DNA of 64,000 bases, taken from the NCBI GenBank assembly GCA_965243135.1, contig OZ251539.1, forward strand, positions 320,001 through 384,000. Reading direction: 5' to 3'. This document shows, one piece after another, positions 1-9,610 of this stretch. The notes beneath the pieces are model-generated. The model made no database searches and was not told where the DNA came from. It saw only the letters and a list, made by a program, of their open reading frames with translations. Source of the DNA: Alphaproteobacteria bacterium. GTDB taxonomy: Bacteria; Pseudomonadota; Alphaproteobacteria; MPNO01; UBA830. Every line of letters begins with the position of its first letter. Within the stretch, counting starts at the first letter, position 1. The translations under genes were made by a program, and so were the position numbers.

Positions 1-250
1 CGGGTCGGGCGTCGTGGAAGCCGCCAACAAGGTGCTGGTCAACCAGCGCATGAAACGGGCGGGCCAGCGCTGGAGCATGCGGTCAGAACGTCCTTACCTT
101 CAGGGCGATGTCGGATCGCTTCGAGGCGGCGGGCGATGACCGGAACGCATGCCGTAAACGAAAACCGGGCCCCGAATGCCGTCTCAGCCTGACGGCGGGA
201 TTCCTTTTTCCGGAACGAAACAGGATTTTACAAAAATAGATTTGCATCCC
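1..250 (+). mobile_element. Right end of ISKra4-like IS (transposase C-terminus plus TIR), cut by window edge
   Basis: Encodes GSGVVEAANKVLVNQRMKRAGQRWS. It is near-identical to the reverse complement of 58470-58720 and ends in ...TTTTACAAAAATAGATTTGCATCCC, matching the TIR at 58470. Confidence 0.75.
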
Positions 251-475
251 TCTCGACTCTCGACTCGCGTGGCTTGATCCCGTCAGGGCGATCTGTACAC
301 TGTTTACAGTCAATGTCGCCACTTCTTGGATCGCTCCATGTTCCTTCGTAAAAATCTCAAGACGTCCGCGTGTCCCGACATTCGCAATATCGCCATACCG
401 TGGAGGAACTGTCGTTTGCGGATTTTTCCGCTCTTGTGGGCTACGGGCTAGACTTGCAACACCGGAATTTTAACC

Positions 476-2146
476 ATGACTTCTGACGCCGAAAAGATCC
501 GAAAAAGCTCTCAAGATATGTTGGAGCGGGAACGGAACTACAAGGAAGCGCTGCGACTTGCACTCGACTGGCAACGCGACAGGGACAATCACAAGTTGGC
601 GCTCCCGACGAAAATGGGCAACAGCAAATCGTATCTGACTTCGGTATCGCTCAGCTGGATCGCGGCGAACGTTTACCTTTCTCGCGACATCCCGATCTTC
701 AAGAAACATATCCGCCAAGACGCCAACGTAATCGATATCAACTCCACGACTGCGACCTATCTCCAGCAAAGAGCGCCGGATTTCAGCCGACAATTGCCCA
801 TGACGATGTACCTCGCAACGCGGGAGCATCACAAGTTTCCTCCGCTGTTGCTGGTTGCATACCAGAATTGGGTTTACGAACCCATGCACGACAATTGGGG
901 CCCTCGCGGGCGGGCTTTGACAGGTTCGCTGCATGTCGAACGCCTCGATACGACATCATACGTTGTCGACCTCGACGTGACCGGAACGAGCTATTTTGCG
1001 CTCGATGGACAACACCGCCTCATGGCCATCAAGGGGCTGAAGGAACTGCTAGATAATGGACGGCTCAGCGCCAGGAAGAAGGACGGATCGATCATCGTCG
1101 GGGGGGACGTGACGCGAGATGAACTCGAAGGGTATTACGAGAAAATGGGGTTGAATCCGGATCGGTTTCAGACCGCAATGGACGAGGTCATAGGGGTGGA
1201 GATCATTCCTGCGGTACAAGACAAGGAGACCTTTAAGCAGGCCGTTTCCCGACTTCGCAACATTTTCGTCGATGTCAACGAAAACGCAAAGCGTGTGGAA
1301 AAGGGCGAACTGGCCCTTTTGGAAGAGAATGACGGATTCAGAATTGTCGCGCGCACCGTGATGACAAATCATCGGTTGTTCCAGGGCAGTGACGGATTGA
1401 ACGTGGAAACCAAGGCCGCTCAAATTTCGGCATCCTCATCAAGTTACACAACTCTTAACGCTCTGGTGTCGATCACTCGGGAGTACTTGGGTACAAAGCC
1501 GGAATTTAAGGGATGGAAGGATACCGTGCTTGGATTGAAAGACGGCCGCGGAGTGGGCTTGCTGCGTCCGGGCGACGACGAGATCGAAAAGGGACTTGTC
1601 GCGCTGACCGAGTATTTCGACGAACTGGCGGAACTGCCATCTCACAGATCTATGCTTGAATGCTTCCGGGCGAATCGCCTTATTGGCGAGGGAGCCGGAA
1701 AACCGGGAAAAAGCCCTTCCGAACTTCGCGGCGGAAGGGCAGACAACATCCTGTTTCGACCGATCGCGCAGGTGGCGCTGGCTCGGGCGGTCGCCGAATT
1801 GCAGCGGCAGGAAGGCCTCGGTCTGAAGGAATTGATAAAGTGCCTTTCCGTTCACGAAAATCTTGACGACCTTGTTCTTCGAAGCAAGACGGCTCCCTGG
1901 TTCGGGATTCTGTGCGATCCCATACATGGCAAGGTCAGACGGCAGAAGAGATACGAAGATCTCTGCGTCGAGATGATGATCTATCTGATGGGCGGAGGAT
2001 TCGGGAAAGATCGTGAGCGTCGGGAGAAACTTCGCGACGATTTTTTCGAGGCTCGCATGGGGGCAACCGAAGGCGACGAGGCGATGGCTCACGATCTGTC
2101 CGGCAGTCTGAAGACGAAGGAGGCGTTCAGGCTTCCCGATCCTTGA
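476..2146 (+). CDS. DGQHR-domain (DndB/ParB-like) protein, 556 aa
   Basis: YFALDGQHRLMAI motif, FPPLLLV upstream and IFVDVNENAK downstream. Sits beside dnd genes. Confidence 0.85.
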   Translation: MTSDAEKIRKSSQDMLERERNYKEALRLALDWQRDRDNHKLALPTKMGNSKSYLTSVSLSWIAANVYLSRDIPIFKKHIRQDANVIDINSTTATYLQQRAPDFSRQLPMTMYLATREHHKFPPLLLVAYQNWVYEPMHDNWGPRGRALTGSLHVERLDTTSYVVDLDVTGTSYFALDGQHRLMAIKGLKELLDNGRLSARKKDGSIIVGGDVTRDELEGYYEKMGLNPDRFQTAMDEVIGVEIIPAVQDKETFKQAVSRLRNIFVDVNENAKRVEKGELALLEENDGFRIVARTVMTNHRLFQGSDGLNVETKAAQISASSSSYTTLNALVSITREYLGTKPEFKGWKDTVLGLKDGRGVGLLRPGDDEIEKGLVALTEYFDELAELPSHRSMLECFRANRLIGEGAGKPGKSPSELRGGRADNILFRPIAQVALARAVAELQRQEGLGLKELIKCLSVHENLDDLVLRSKTAPWFGILCDPIHGKVRRQKRYEDLCVEMMIYLMGGGFGKDRERREKLRDDFFEARMGATEGDEAMAHDLSGSLKTKEAFRLPDP

Positions 2147-2162
2147 AGCGCTTCGGAATAGC

Positions 2163-3111
2163 ATGTACCTCGCTCCAGCGGAGCAATGCCTGCCGCCCGA
2201 CTCTCTCCGCTTCAAGAGCATGGGCCAAATCGGAAAGGCGAGCAGGGAATTTTCGGTGGATTCCGGAGACGGCCGGGCCCGAGAAATCCTCGACTCCTAC
2301 AGGGAATACAGGCTCAACTGCATCCGGACGAGTCTCTTTCTTCTCAGGAAATCGGTTCTCCCGCAGCGGGTTCTGGTCAGCGCGTGCCTGAAGAGGCTCG
2401 AGAGCGTGCGCCGAAAAATGGAGAGAACGCCGGGCATTGTCCTGAACGGGATGGACGACGTCATCGGTTTCCGGGTTGTCTGCGAGTCCCTCGACGAAGC
2501 CGTCGCTCTCGGCGGGCGGATCGAGCGCGAGGTGCCGGCCAGAACGAAGAACTACATCGAAACCGTCCACGGGTACCGGATACAGGGCGATACACGCGAT
2601 CGCGCGGTTCGGGCAGCCGCTGGGCGACCGTCATGTAACCGCGCGGTTCGAGATCCAGGTCAGAACCTGGTACCAGCATCTCTAGGCCTGTTGGAGCGAA
2701 AGCTTCGGCGAACAGGCCTAGGAAGGCTTCACGAACGCGGAAGGCGACGACATGGAGGAAGTCAAGCGCCTGAAGCGGATCCTCAACGATCGCTCAAGCA
2801 GGGTCGCCCGTTGGGAGGAAGCGCACTCCGCGGAGCGGCAGGCGCAACTGCCGCCGTTCGCCGATCCCTACAATCTGGCGGTCGCTTGGGTCAAGCCGTC
2901 GGATGACTACGGTTTCGTTCCTTGCGACACGGATGTCGATGCGGCCGTCAGGAATCTCCTCTACCTTGAAGGGCAAAGATGCGTCCATCCATTGCTACTC
3001 GCAGGAGTTGCCGACAGTCCGCAGCTCAAGAACGTACTCACGCGGACGCATCCGAACTTCGTAGGAGGCATGTCTCTGGATCCAGAGGAATGGCTTCCGG
3101 CCGGAGATTGA
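2163..3111 (+). pseudogene. RelA/SpoT-domain small alarmone synthetase-like gene, disrupted
   Basis: Motifs KRLESVRRK, MDDVIGFRVVC, GYRAIH and FEIQVRTWYQHL. Frameshift near 2575; in-frame TAG at 2683 and 2719; C-terminus in ORF 2752-3111. Confidence 0.8.
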
Positions 3112-3143
3112 CCGGTTCGACGCGGCCGCCGTGCGAGCGTACG

Positions 3144-3862
3144 TCAGGCGAGGGAGGCGATGCGGCGGGACACAGCAGGCCAATCGATGTCAGGGGTCAT
3201 ATGGCACCAGGGCACCCGGACGGCCCCGGCAGCGTCCGCTTCCGGAAGTCCCATCGCGGCGAGGACATGACTCGGCTCGTAGCTTTGCGACGTACAGGCC
3301 GAACCGTTCGACACTGCAATCAGGTCCTTGAGGGCGACCATGAGCGCTTCTGCGTCCACGCCCTCGACGGAAAAGTTCAGAACGTGAGGCAAGACCAGCT
3401 CCTGATCTCCGTTCAAGCGGATTTCGAAAGAGGAGAGCGCCTCCAGCGCGGCGGTCTGGATCTCCATGCACCACTCGCGGCGGATCGCGTGGTCGCGCTC
3501 GGCGATGTCCGCGGCCAGTCCCATGCCGGCGACAAGGGGAACCGGCAACGTTCCGTGGCGCAGGCCGCGCTCCTGTCCTCCGCCGAAGGCGTTGGACGCA
3601 ACGGTGCCCTCCGGAAGCCGGGGCGGCGAACGATCAGACATCCTACCCCTACGGGACCGTGAACCTTGTGAGAGCTCACGCTGATCATGTCGATGCGCCT
3701 GTTCCGCAGAGGCTCAAGGTCCTTGCCGAACCCTTGCGTTGCATCGACGTGAAAATACGCGGAATGGCCCTCAAGAAGATCCGCGACCTCGTCGAGCGGC
3801 TGGAGAATGCCGGTCTCATTGTTCGCATGCATGATCGAGACGAGAACGGTGTCCGGACGGAG
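3144..3862 (-). pseudogene. dndA: Cysteine desulfurase DndA/IscS-like, 3' part only, frameshifted near 3590
   Basis: SIMHANNETG, FHVDATQ, SSHKVHGPVG (PLP lysine), GGGQERGLR and SNGSACTS (catalytic Cys). N-terminus absent. Confidence 0.85.
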
Positions 3863-4621
3863 TACGCCCGCACCGCCGACGCCAGCGTTCCCGACGGAGA
3901 TGCCGCTTCGGAGGCGGCGAGCCGAAGGGAAGAGCTGCTCGCCTCCATTGCCTCTGCGGGGGAGGAAATTTCGGCGATGGACAACGAAATCGAGCGCCTC
4001 GAACGCGAGACCGAGCGGCACGGGCAGACGCTGTCCCGCCTGCTGGAAGCCGACGCAAGGGCGGAGGGTTTGCGCGAGGATCGCCGCCGTGTGCTGCGCC
4101 ACTCGGCCCTCGTCAGGACGACGCTCGGGACGTTCAGGAAGGCGGTCATCGTGCGGCACGTGCGCAGGATCGAGCGGCTCGTCCTTGAGAGCTATCGGCA
4201 GCTGTTGCGGAAGGAGTCGCCGGTGACCCGTCTTGAGATCGATCTCGAGCGCTTCGCCCTCACGCTCTACGGGCGGGATGGCCGCGCGCTGGGCACCGAT
4301 CGCCTGTCCGCCGGCGAACGCCAGCTCCTCGTGATCGCACTGTTGCGGGGCCTCGCGAAGACCTCGGGACGGCCGTTGCCGACCGCCATCGACGTGCCGC
4401 TCGGGCGGCTCGACGCCGGGCACAGGACGCATCTGGTGGAGCGGTATTTTCCGTTCGCGAGCCACCAGGTCCTGCTGTTCTCGACGGACGAGGAGATCGT
4501 CGGATCCCATCTGGAAAAGCTTCGATCGTTCATCGGGTGCAGCTACCGTCTCGATTACGACGACGCCAGCGGCAGCACTCGGATCGAGGAGGGGTACTTT
4601 GACGGGGCAGAGGCGGCGTGA
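3863..4621 (+). pseudogene. dndD: DndD C-terminal fragment (SMC/ABC-type ATPase)
   Basis: LSAGERQLL signature, IDVPLGRLDAGHR and YFPFASHQVLLFSTDEEI. The Walker A half is missing; overlaps the dndE start. Confidence 0.88.
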
Positions 4622-5046
4622 TGGCGGTCGAGACCGTGAGGGTATCGCAGCGGGCGAAGGACCAACTGATCAAGTTGAAGCGGGTGACGGGGATCGAGCA
4701 CTGGAACGTGCTCTGCCGGTGGGGCTTCTGCCTGTCGATTGCCGAGGAAGGAATTCCGCCGGCGGCGGAGATACCGCTGGACAGCAACGTCGAGATGAGG
4801 TGGCGGGTGTTCGGTGGCTGGCACGCCGATCTCTACCTTGCGCTGTTGAAGGAGCGCCTGTGCCGGGACGAACTTCCGACCGACCCCGAGACCGTCGCGA
4901 GGCAGTTCCGGTTGCACCTGCATCGCGGGATTTCGTATCTGGCCGCCGGCCGAACTGTGGGCGGATCCGGTGGCCTGATTTCCATGGCGATTGCCGGAAA
5001 GGATCGGACTGCGGTTTCTCCGGACCGGTCCGTCGCCGGACCCTGA
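4618..5046 (+). CDS. dndE: DNA sulfur modification protein DndE
   Basis: VSQRAKDQLIKLKRVTGIEHWNVLCRWGFCLS and FRLHLHRGISYL; directly follows dndD. Confidence 0.92.
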   Translation: MMAVETVRVSQRAKDQLIKLKRVTGIEHWNVLCRWGFCLSIAEEGIPPAAEIPLDSNVEMRWRVFGGWHADLYLALLKERLCRDELPTDPETVARQFRLHLHRGISYLAAGRTVGGSGGLISMAIAGKDRTAVSPDRSVAGP

Positions 5047-5222
5047 TGGCCGTGCGGCCGAGCGCCGAGAACCTGCGTTGCTCCGTTGAACACGGCGTTG
5101 CGGGGGTTCGTACCGCGCCGCGCCTTGCCCTTGCCGAGGCCCTGTGTTTTACATCGAGTTGACGGAGGGGATACAATCGCTGCATATAGAATCACTGTCT
5201 GCTTTGGCGAGAGGTGGGAATA

Positions 5223-5942
5223 ATGTCGGACTTGGGGAACGCAATCAAAAATGCTCGACAAGAACGTGGCTGGTCTCAAGGCGAGCTCGCCGAACGAATC
5301 GACGTAGCGCAAGGCCTTGTGAGTCGTTGGGAAACCGGAAAATCCGATCCCAGCCACTACCTCGAAGAATTGCAGCAAGTTCTTGGACAAAATCTCAATA
5401 CAGAATTTGCGCAATGGTTATCTGAGGAAAGGAAAAAAAGAAAAAAATCCATAAACGAACTGGCAATGTTGGCTGGCGTATCTAGTGTGACGATAGGTAA
5501 TATTGAAAATGGGAAAACAACACCACAGAAAAGAACAATCGATAAGTTGGAAAGAGTATTGGGTGAGGCAGGTCCGAAAAGAGAATTTCTTGCAGCAGAT
5601 GAAGACGACGAAGACGACGAAGACGAGGGGTTATTGCCCGGCGATATTTTGGATTTTGATCCGCACAGTGACAGCGAAATAAGGAAGTTTTTGAAGGATG
5701 TAAAAGGGATATATCTATTGCGCGGGCGAAACCGCGAGCCGGTATATGTAGGAAAGTCAAACACTAGTTTAGCTACCAGAGTTTCTCAACATAAGGAAAA
5801 ATTTTGGTATAAATCTCCGGTGATAACGCACGGGTCTTATATCGTGGTAAATAACAAGAAGTTATGCAATAGAATGGAAAAGATTTTGATTGAGCTATTG
5901 AACCCTTTGGTCAATAAGAACGATACCAAGAAAGGTGAATGA
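5223..5942 (+). CDS. Tandem XRE-HTH protein with C-terminal GIY-YIG nuclease domain
   Basis: Two HTH motifs (SQGELAERIDVAQGLVSRWETG; SINELAMLAGVSSVTIGNIENG), an acidic linker, then GIYLL...VYVGKS...RVSQH...E...N. Visibly AT-richer than its flanks. Confidence 0.75.
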   Translation: MSDLGNAIKNARQERGWSQGELAERIDVAQGLVSRWETGKSDPSHYLEELQQVLGQNLNTEFAQWLSEERKKRKKSINELAMLAGVSSVTIGNIENGKTTPQKRTIDKLERVLGEAGPKREFLAADEDDEDDEDEGLLPGDILDFDPHSDSEIRKFLKDVKGIYLLRGRNREPVYVGKSNTSLATRVSQHKEKFWYKSPVITHGSYIVVNNKKLCNRMEKILIELLNPLVNKNDTKKGE

Positions 5943-6270
5943 CTGAGGTTCTCGTCAGTAAAAACTGGCATGCGTCAGGGTCGCGGGTCGGATCAAGGAA
6001 GGATCCCCGCTCGGACTGAGAGAGGATACCGTTGCCATGCCTGCAACATCATTGGTCCAAAAGAAAGTTCGCCGGAAATATGGTCTTGGCAGCGATGCCC
6101 CCGAGGCTTGACCGACTGCCAACGGTAAGGAACCGTGTCGGTGGTGCGTCGACCGCGTCGGATTCGTGGACGCGCCTTCGCCGAACGAGGTATGCGACGG
6201 CCTTGCATGGCCGCGACCGCCCGTTCGGCGGTTGAATGCAGCCGCCCAACGGCTTGCGGTTCTGAGAACC

Positions 6271-7188
6271 ATGCGTGACGAGGTGCGATTCCTTGATCGT
6301 GTTGAACGGCTGGGGGTCATGAACCAGAAAGGCATGCGCGCTCCTCACAAGCCGCTGTTGTTGTTGCTTGCGCTCGGGAGAGTACTTGCCGGACACGAAC
6401 GCCTCGAATTCTACGCCGTTCTCGAAAATCCGCTCAAGCGTCTTCTCGTTTTGTACGGGCCGCCCCGGAAAAGACTGCGGCCGGAGGCCCCGTTCGGCTG
6501 GTTGCGCACGGATGACTTGTGGGACATTCCTGACGATGGCAGGCTGCCCGTCAATTCCTGGGGCACGCTCAACCGGAGCGGGTTGGTCCGACACGCTGCG
6601 CAAGGCGGCTTCCCGGAGGACATCTTTCGACTGCTCAGGCGCGACCCCGATCTCGTCCGGCGGGCCGCGCAACTTCTTCTCGACAGACATTTCCCCCGGT
6701 CTCTGCACGAGCGCATTCTGGCGTCCGTGAACATTTCGGCGGATCCCGCGGCGCGCTGGGTCCGGACAACGGAACGGAGCCGCGCGTTCCGGAAAGAGGT
6801 ATTGCTGGCTTACGAATCTCGTTGCGCCGTGTGCGGCTACGACCTCCGGATGAACGACGAGGTTGTCGGGCTCGACGCCGCGCACATCAAATGGCACTCC
6901 CAAAACGGTCCGGATATCGTTCCGAACGGGCTCGCGTTGTGCGCCCTTCACCATGAGGCGCTGGACCGTGGCGCGCTCGGGCTCCGTTCCATGCGGGAGC
7001 CCGGACGTTTCGCCATCATCGTATCGGACGTCGTCGACACCCGTAACGAGACAGGGAGGCTGTTTCTTCAGCTGCAGGACGGGCTGCTTCGCTCTCCGGC
7101 AAGCGTCGAATTGGCTCCAAGGCCAGCGTTCGTTGCATGGCACGGACGCGAGGTTTTTCGGGGACAGCTGGCGGTTTCGTCCGGCTGA
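6271..7188 (+). CDS. SBD-HNH phosphorothioate-dependent restriction endonuclease
   Basis: N-terminal RAPHKPLLLLLAL...PFGWL..D.LW sulfur-binding-domain pattern; C-terminal FRKEVLLAY..RCAVCG, DAAHIKWH, NGLALCALHH HNH motif. Confidence 0.8.
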   Translation: MRDEVRFLDRVERLGVMNQKGMRAPHKPLLLLLALGRVLAGHERLEFYAVLENPLKRLLVLYGPPRKRLRPEAPFGWLRTDDLWDIPDDGRLPVNSWGTLNRSGLVRHAAQGGFPEDIFRLLRRDPDLVRRAAQLLLDRHFPRSLHERILASVNISADPAARWVRTTERSRAFRKEVLLAYESRCAVCGYDLRMNDEVVGLDAAHIKWHSQNGPDIVPNGLALCALHHEALDRGALGLRSMREPGRFAIIVSDVVDTRNETGRLFLQLQDGLLRSPASVELAPRPAFVAWHGREVFRGQLAVSSG

Positions 7189-7360
7189 CCTCCGGTTCGG
7201 CCGTGACGGCGGCCGCTCGAAAAAAGCGTTGGTCCTGCATAGGCTCGCGAGAACGGAACGGGTTCGGGTTTCGCCCGGATTTGTCGCGTGGCGGTTTTGC
7301 GAGCAAATCACGAACGCCGGCTCCCGGTCCGCGTCGGCGCTTCCCGAAGGTTGCAGCAAG

Positions 7361-9310
7361 CAGGGCGAATTCAAGAATGGCGCGGTCATTGTCAAGCGCC
7401 GCCTTCGAGGAGGCAGCAGCGGCACGAGATCCGCGTCGGCGAGACGATGTCGGTGCGAAGAGACGACGGCGGTGCGAAGAGATGGCAGCGGTGCGGACAG
7501 CGCGAGGCAGCGGCGCGAGAGGCGAGGCCACCGGGTCAGAAGACCTCGGTGGTCAGCTCTCGAACGGCCTGGCGCGAATCGTAGTGCCGGTGAGCCTGCG
7601 GCAGATAGTCGAAGCGTCCGCGCAACCGAACGATGGAGGCGTTGCGGGCCAGTGCGCGGGCACTGCCGCCGACGTGGTTGCGGCGGCGATCCTCGTCGTA
7701 AGTCATGTCGCGAACATGCCGGTTCTCGATTTCCCAGTGACGGCGAGCGAGAATCTCGGCAGGTCCTCCGCGCGACGGCGGGATGGAAGTTACTCCGTAA
7801 GCGATTTCCGAAGTTGTCCCGACGCCTTTCTGAGTTTCTGACGTGTGCGTACGGAATGCCTGCCGTCGTCCGGGCAGTTCGACGTACCCGTCCCAGGTTT
7901 TATCGAGTTCGACGACCAGACAATTGCGAGTGTCGATTCGACCGTGCGTTTTTCGACCGTCTCGCTTTTACCGACTTCCTGATCGTTCCAGCGCTTTCAT
8001 CGAGTATCGTTTTCTGGTTGCCCTTGACAACCATAGTCGGCTCCCATGTCCAAGATCAACTGGGTAGTTTCGACCTGAGGGCATCGGCGGTCACAATACG
8101 CCCGGATAACTCCATGCTCCGCAACAATTTTCGCGCAGCCGGAATCTCGTTTGACTTGTCCGCGACTTTCACCTGACCGCAACCGGTTTCATGCTCGACA
8201 GCGCCGACGACATCCGTCCCCTTGCCGTGACGCTCCGCGCACGGATTTCCCGTCGAGGCTTCCGTTGGGATCCTGGTATTGTGCGGTCCATTCTCGCAAA
8301 GCCTTGTCAAGGGCTTCCGGGTCGACATTCGAAAGCACGCGATGGAAGGTAGCTCGGGGCCGTCCGGATTCCGTCGCCTTTCATCCATGAGCGCACCTCC
8401 GCCAGCTGCGATTGATTCAACTTCCCAGAAAAGTATGCTATGTCGGTCAGACTGAAAAACCCGCATAGTTGCGCCGCTATCGCGAGAACCGTTGCCAAAG
8501 CGCTGACCACGACGACTTCGGAAGTCCGGCACCGTACTCAAATACTCGTACAGACTCCCCGTGATCCGGTATCTCGTCTACGTTCAATGTCTTACACTTC
8601 CAGATCTTATTATCGGAAAGCATGCAAAGTTGCTTGCGGGCATCCTTTTCCAGCTCGAACATTTTTCTGGACGTTCCATGTTCGCGGTAACCGCCGCCCG
8701 CGTTCAAACCCTTTTGTGAACCCAACGACTCGCCAGTTCGCCGCCTGGTAACACATTCCCTCGAAACGGTCCGGATCTACAAAAGTCTCCGCCATCAGGA
8801 CTGGATGGCCGTATGCCGCCTGAAAGTCGTCCGACAGACGCTGGGTGCTGAGGGATATGGGACGCCAGGTTGTGTTGCCGCCAACGCGGAAGAATCAGCA
8901 AGCGTGCGTTGTTCGCCACAAGATGCAACCGGCGGCCGCGCTGCTCGGGCGTCCAGCCGACCCTCGCGCGCTCGCAGCCGCCAGGCCCCGGCTTTCCAAC
9001 CCAGCAACGCCACCCATTCCCCGTTCGGAGCCACGGCGACATGCCGCACCGCCTCGCCGACCATGCCGCGGAACTGGAGGTAATGATGCTTCCGCATCGT
9101 CTCGTCCCACCGGTCGCGTTCGGCCCGGTCGAACACCGGCCGAACGGCGATGTCGTTCGGCCCCCACATGTTTTTCATGGACGGCACATTGGCGGCAAAA
9201 ACCGGAAATGTCTAGAAAAAAATTACTCGTCGGTATTTCATTCATCCCCTTCTTGAACGGCCTTTTCCTTTCATTATCATTAGGTTAGGCCGAAAGATAA
9301 ATTCGCCCTG
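7361..9310 (-). mobile_element. ISAs1-family IS with DUF4338 (DruA-like) N-terminal region, multiply frameshifted
   Basis: TIRs CAGGGCGAAT (7361) and ATTCGCCCTG (9301-9310); 10-bp TSD TTGCAGCAAG at 7351 and 9311. ISAs1 motifs KSNEIPAARKLL and GRIVTADAL; DUF4338-like KHHYL, VANNARLLILP, ETFVDP..F.G.CY.AANW. Confidence 0.85.
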
Positions 9311-9610
9311 TTGCAGCAAGGTCGATCCATTCGGCGGCGAGCGTTTTCGATGCCGCCGGGCGGGCGACGAGCGCCGACCGGCGGTGCCGGCGGTGCCGGC
9401 GCTGCCTCCAACGCGATCAAGTGTCGGCGCCGTAGGCGCGCCGCGATACTGAGTCTTCCTGAGGATTCGCTGTTCGCATGGTGCCGGGCTCACCCTGACG
9501 AAGCGCCAGCTTTCGCGGGGGAGGTTCTGCCGGTTCTTGTCTCCCGCGAGGCCGACGCGCCCGAAATTCACCCGGTCACGGCTAGTGCTTTATCAGAATA
9601 TTATATTACG

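Noticed and set aside
2683-2721. Amber recoding suggested by two in-frame TAGs
   Set aside because: TAG terminates ordinary genes here (repC, ardC) and the same gene also has a frameshift; pseudogenisation is simpler.
3413-4621. Long overlapping antisense ORFs (365 and 320 aa) as dual-coding genes
   Set aside because: An artefact of the dndA/dndD deletion junction and high GC.
8540-9190. Druantia defence system (DruA-like motifs)
   Set aside because: The segment lies inside ISAs1 TIRs/TSD and no other dru genes are present.
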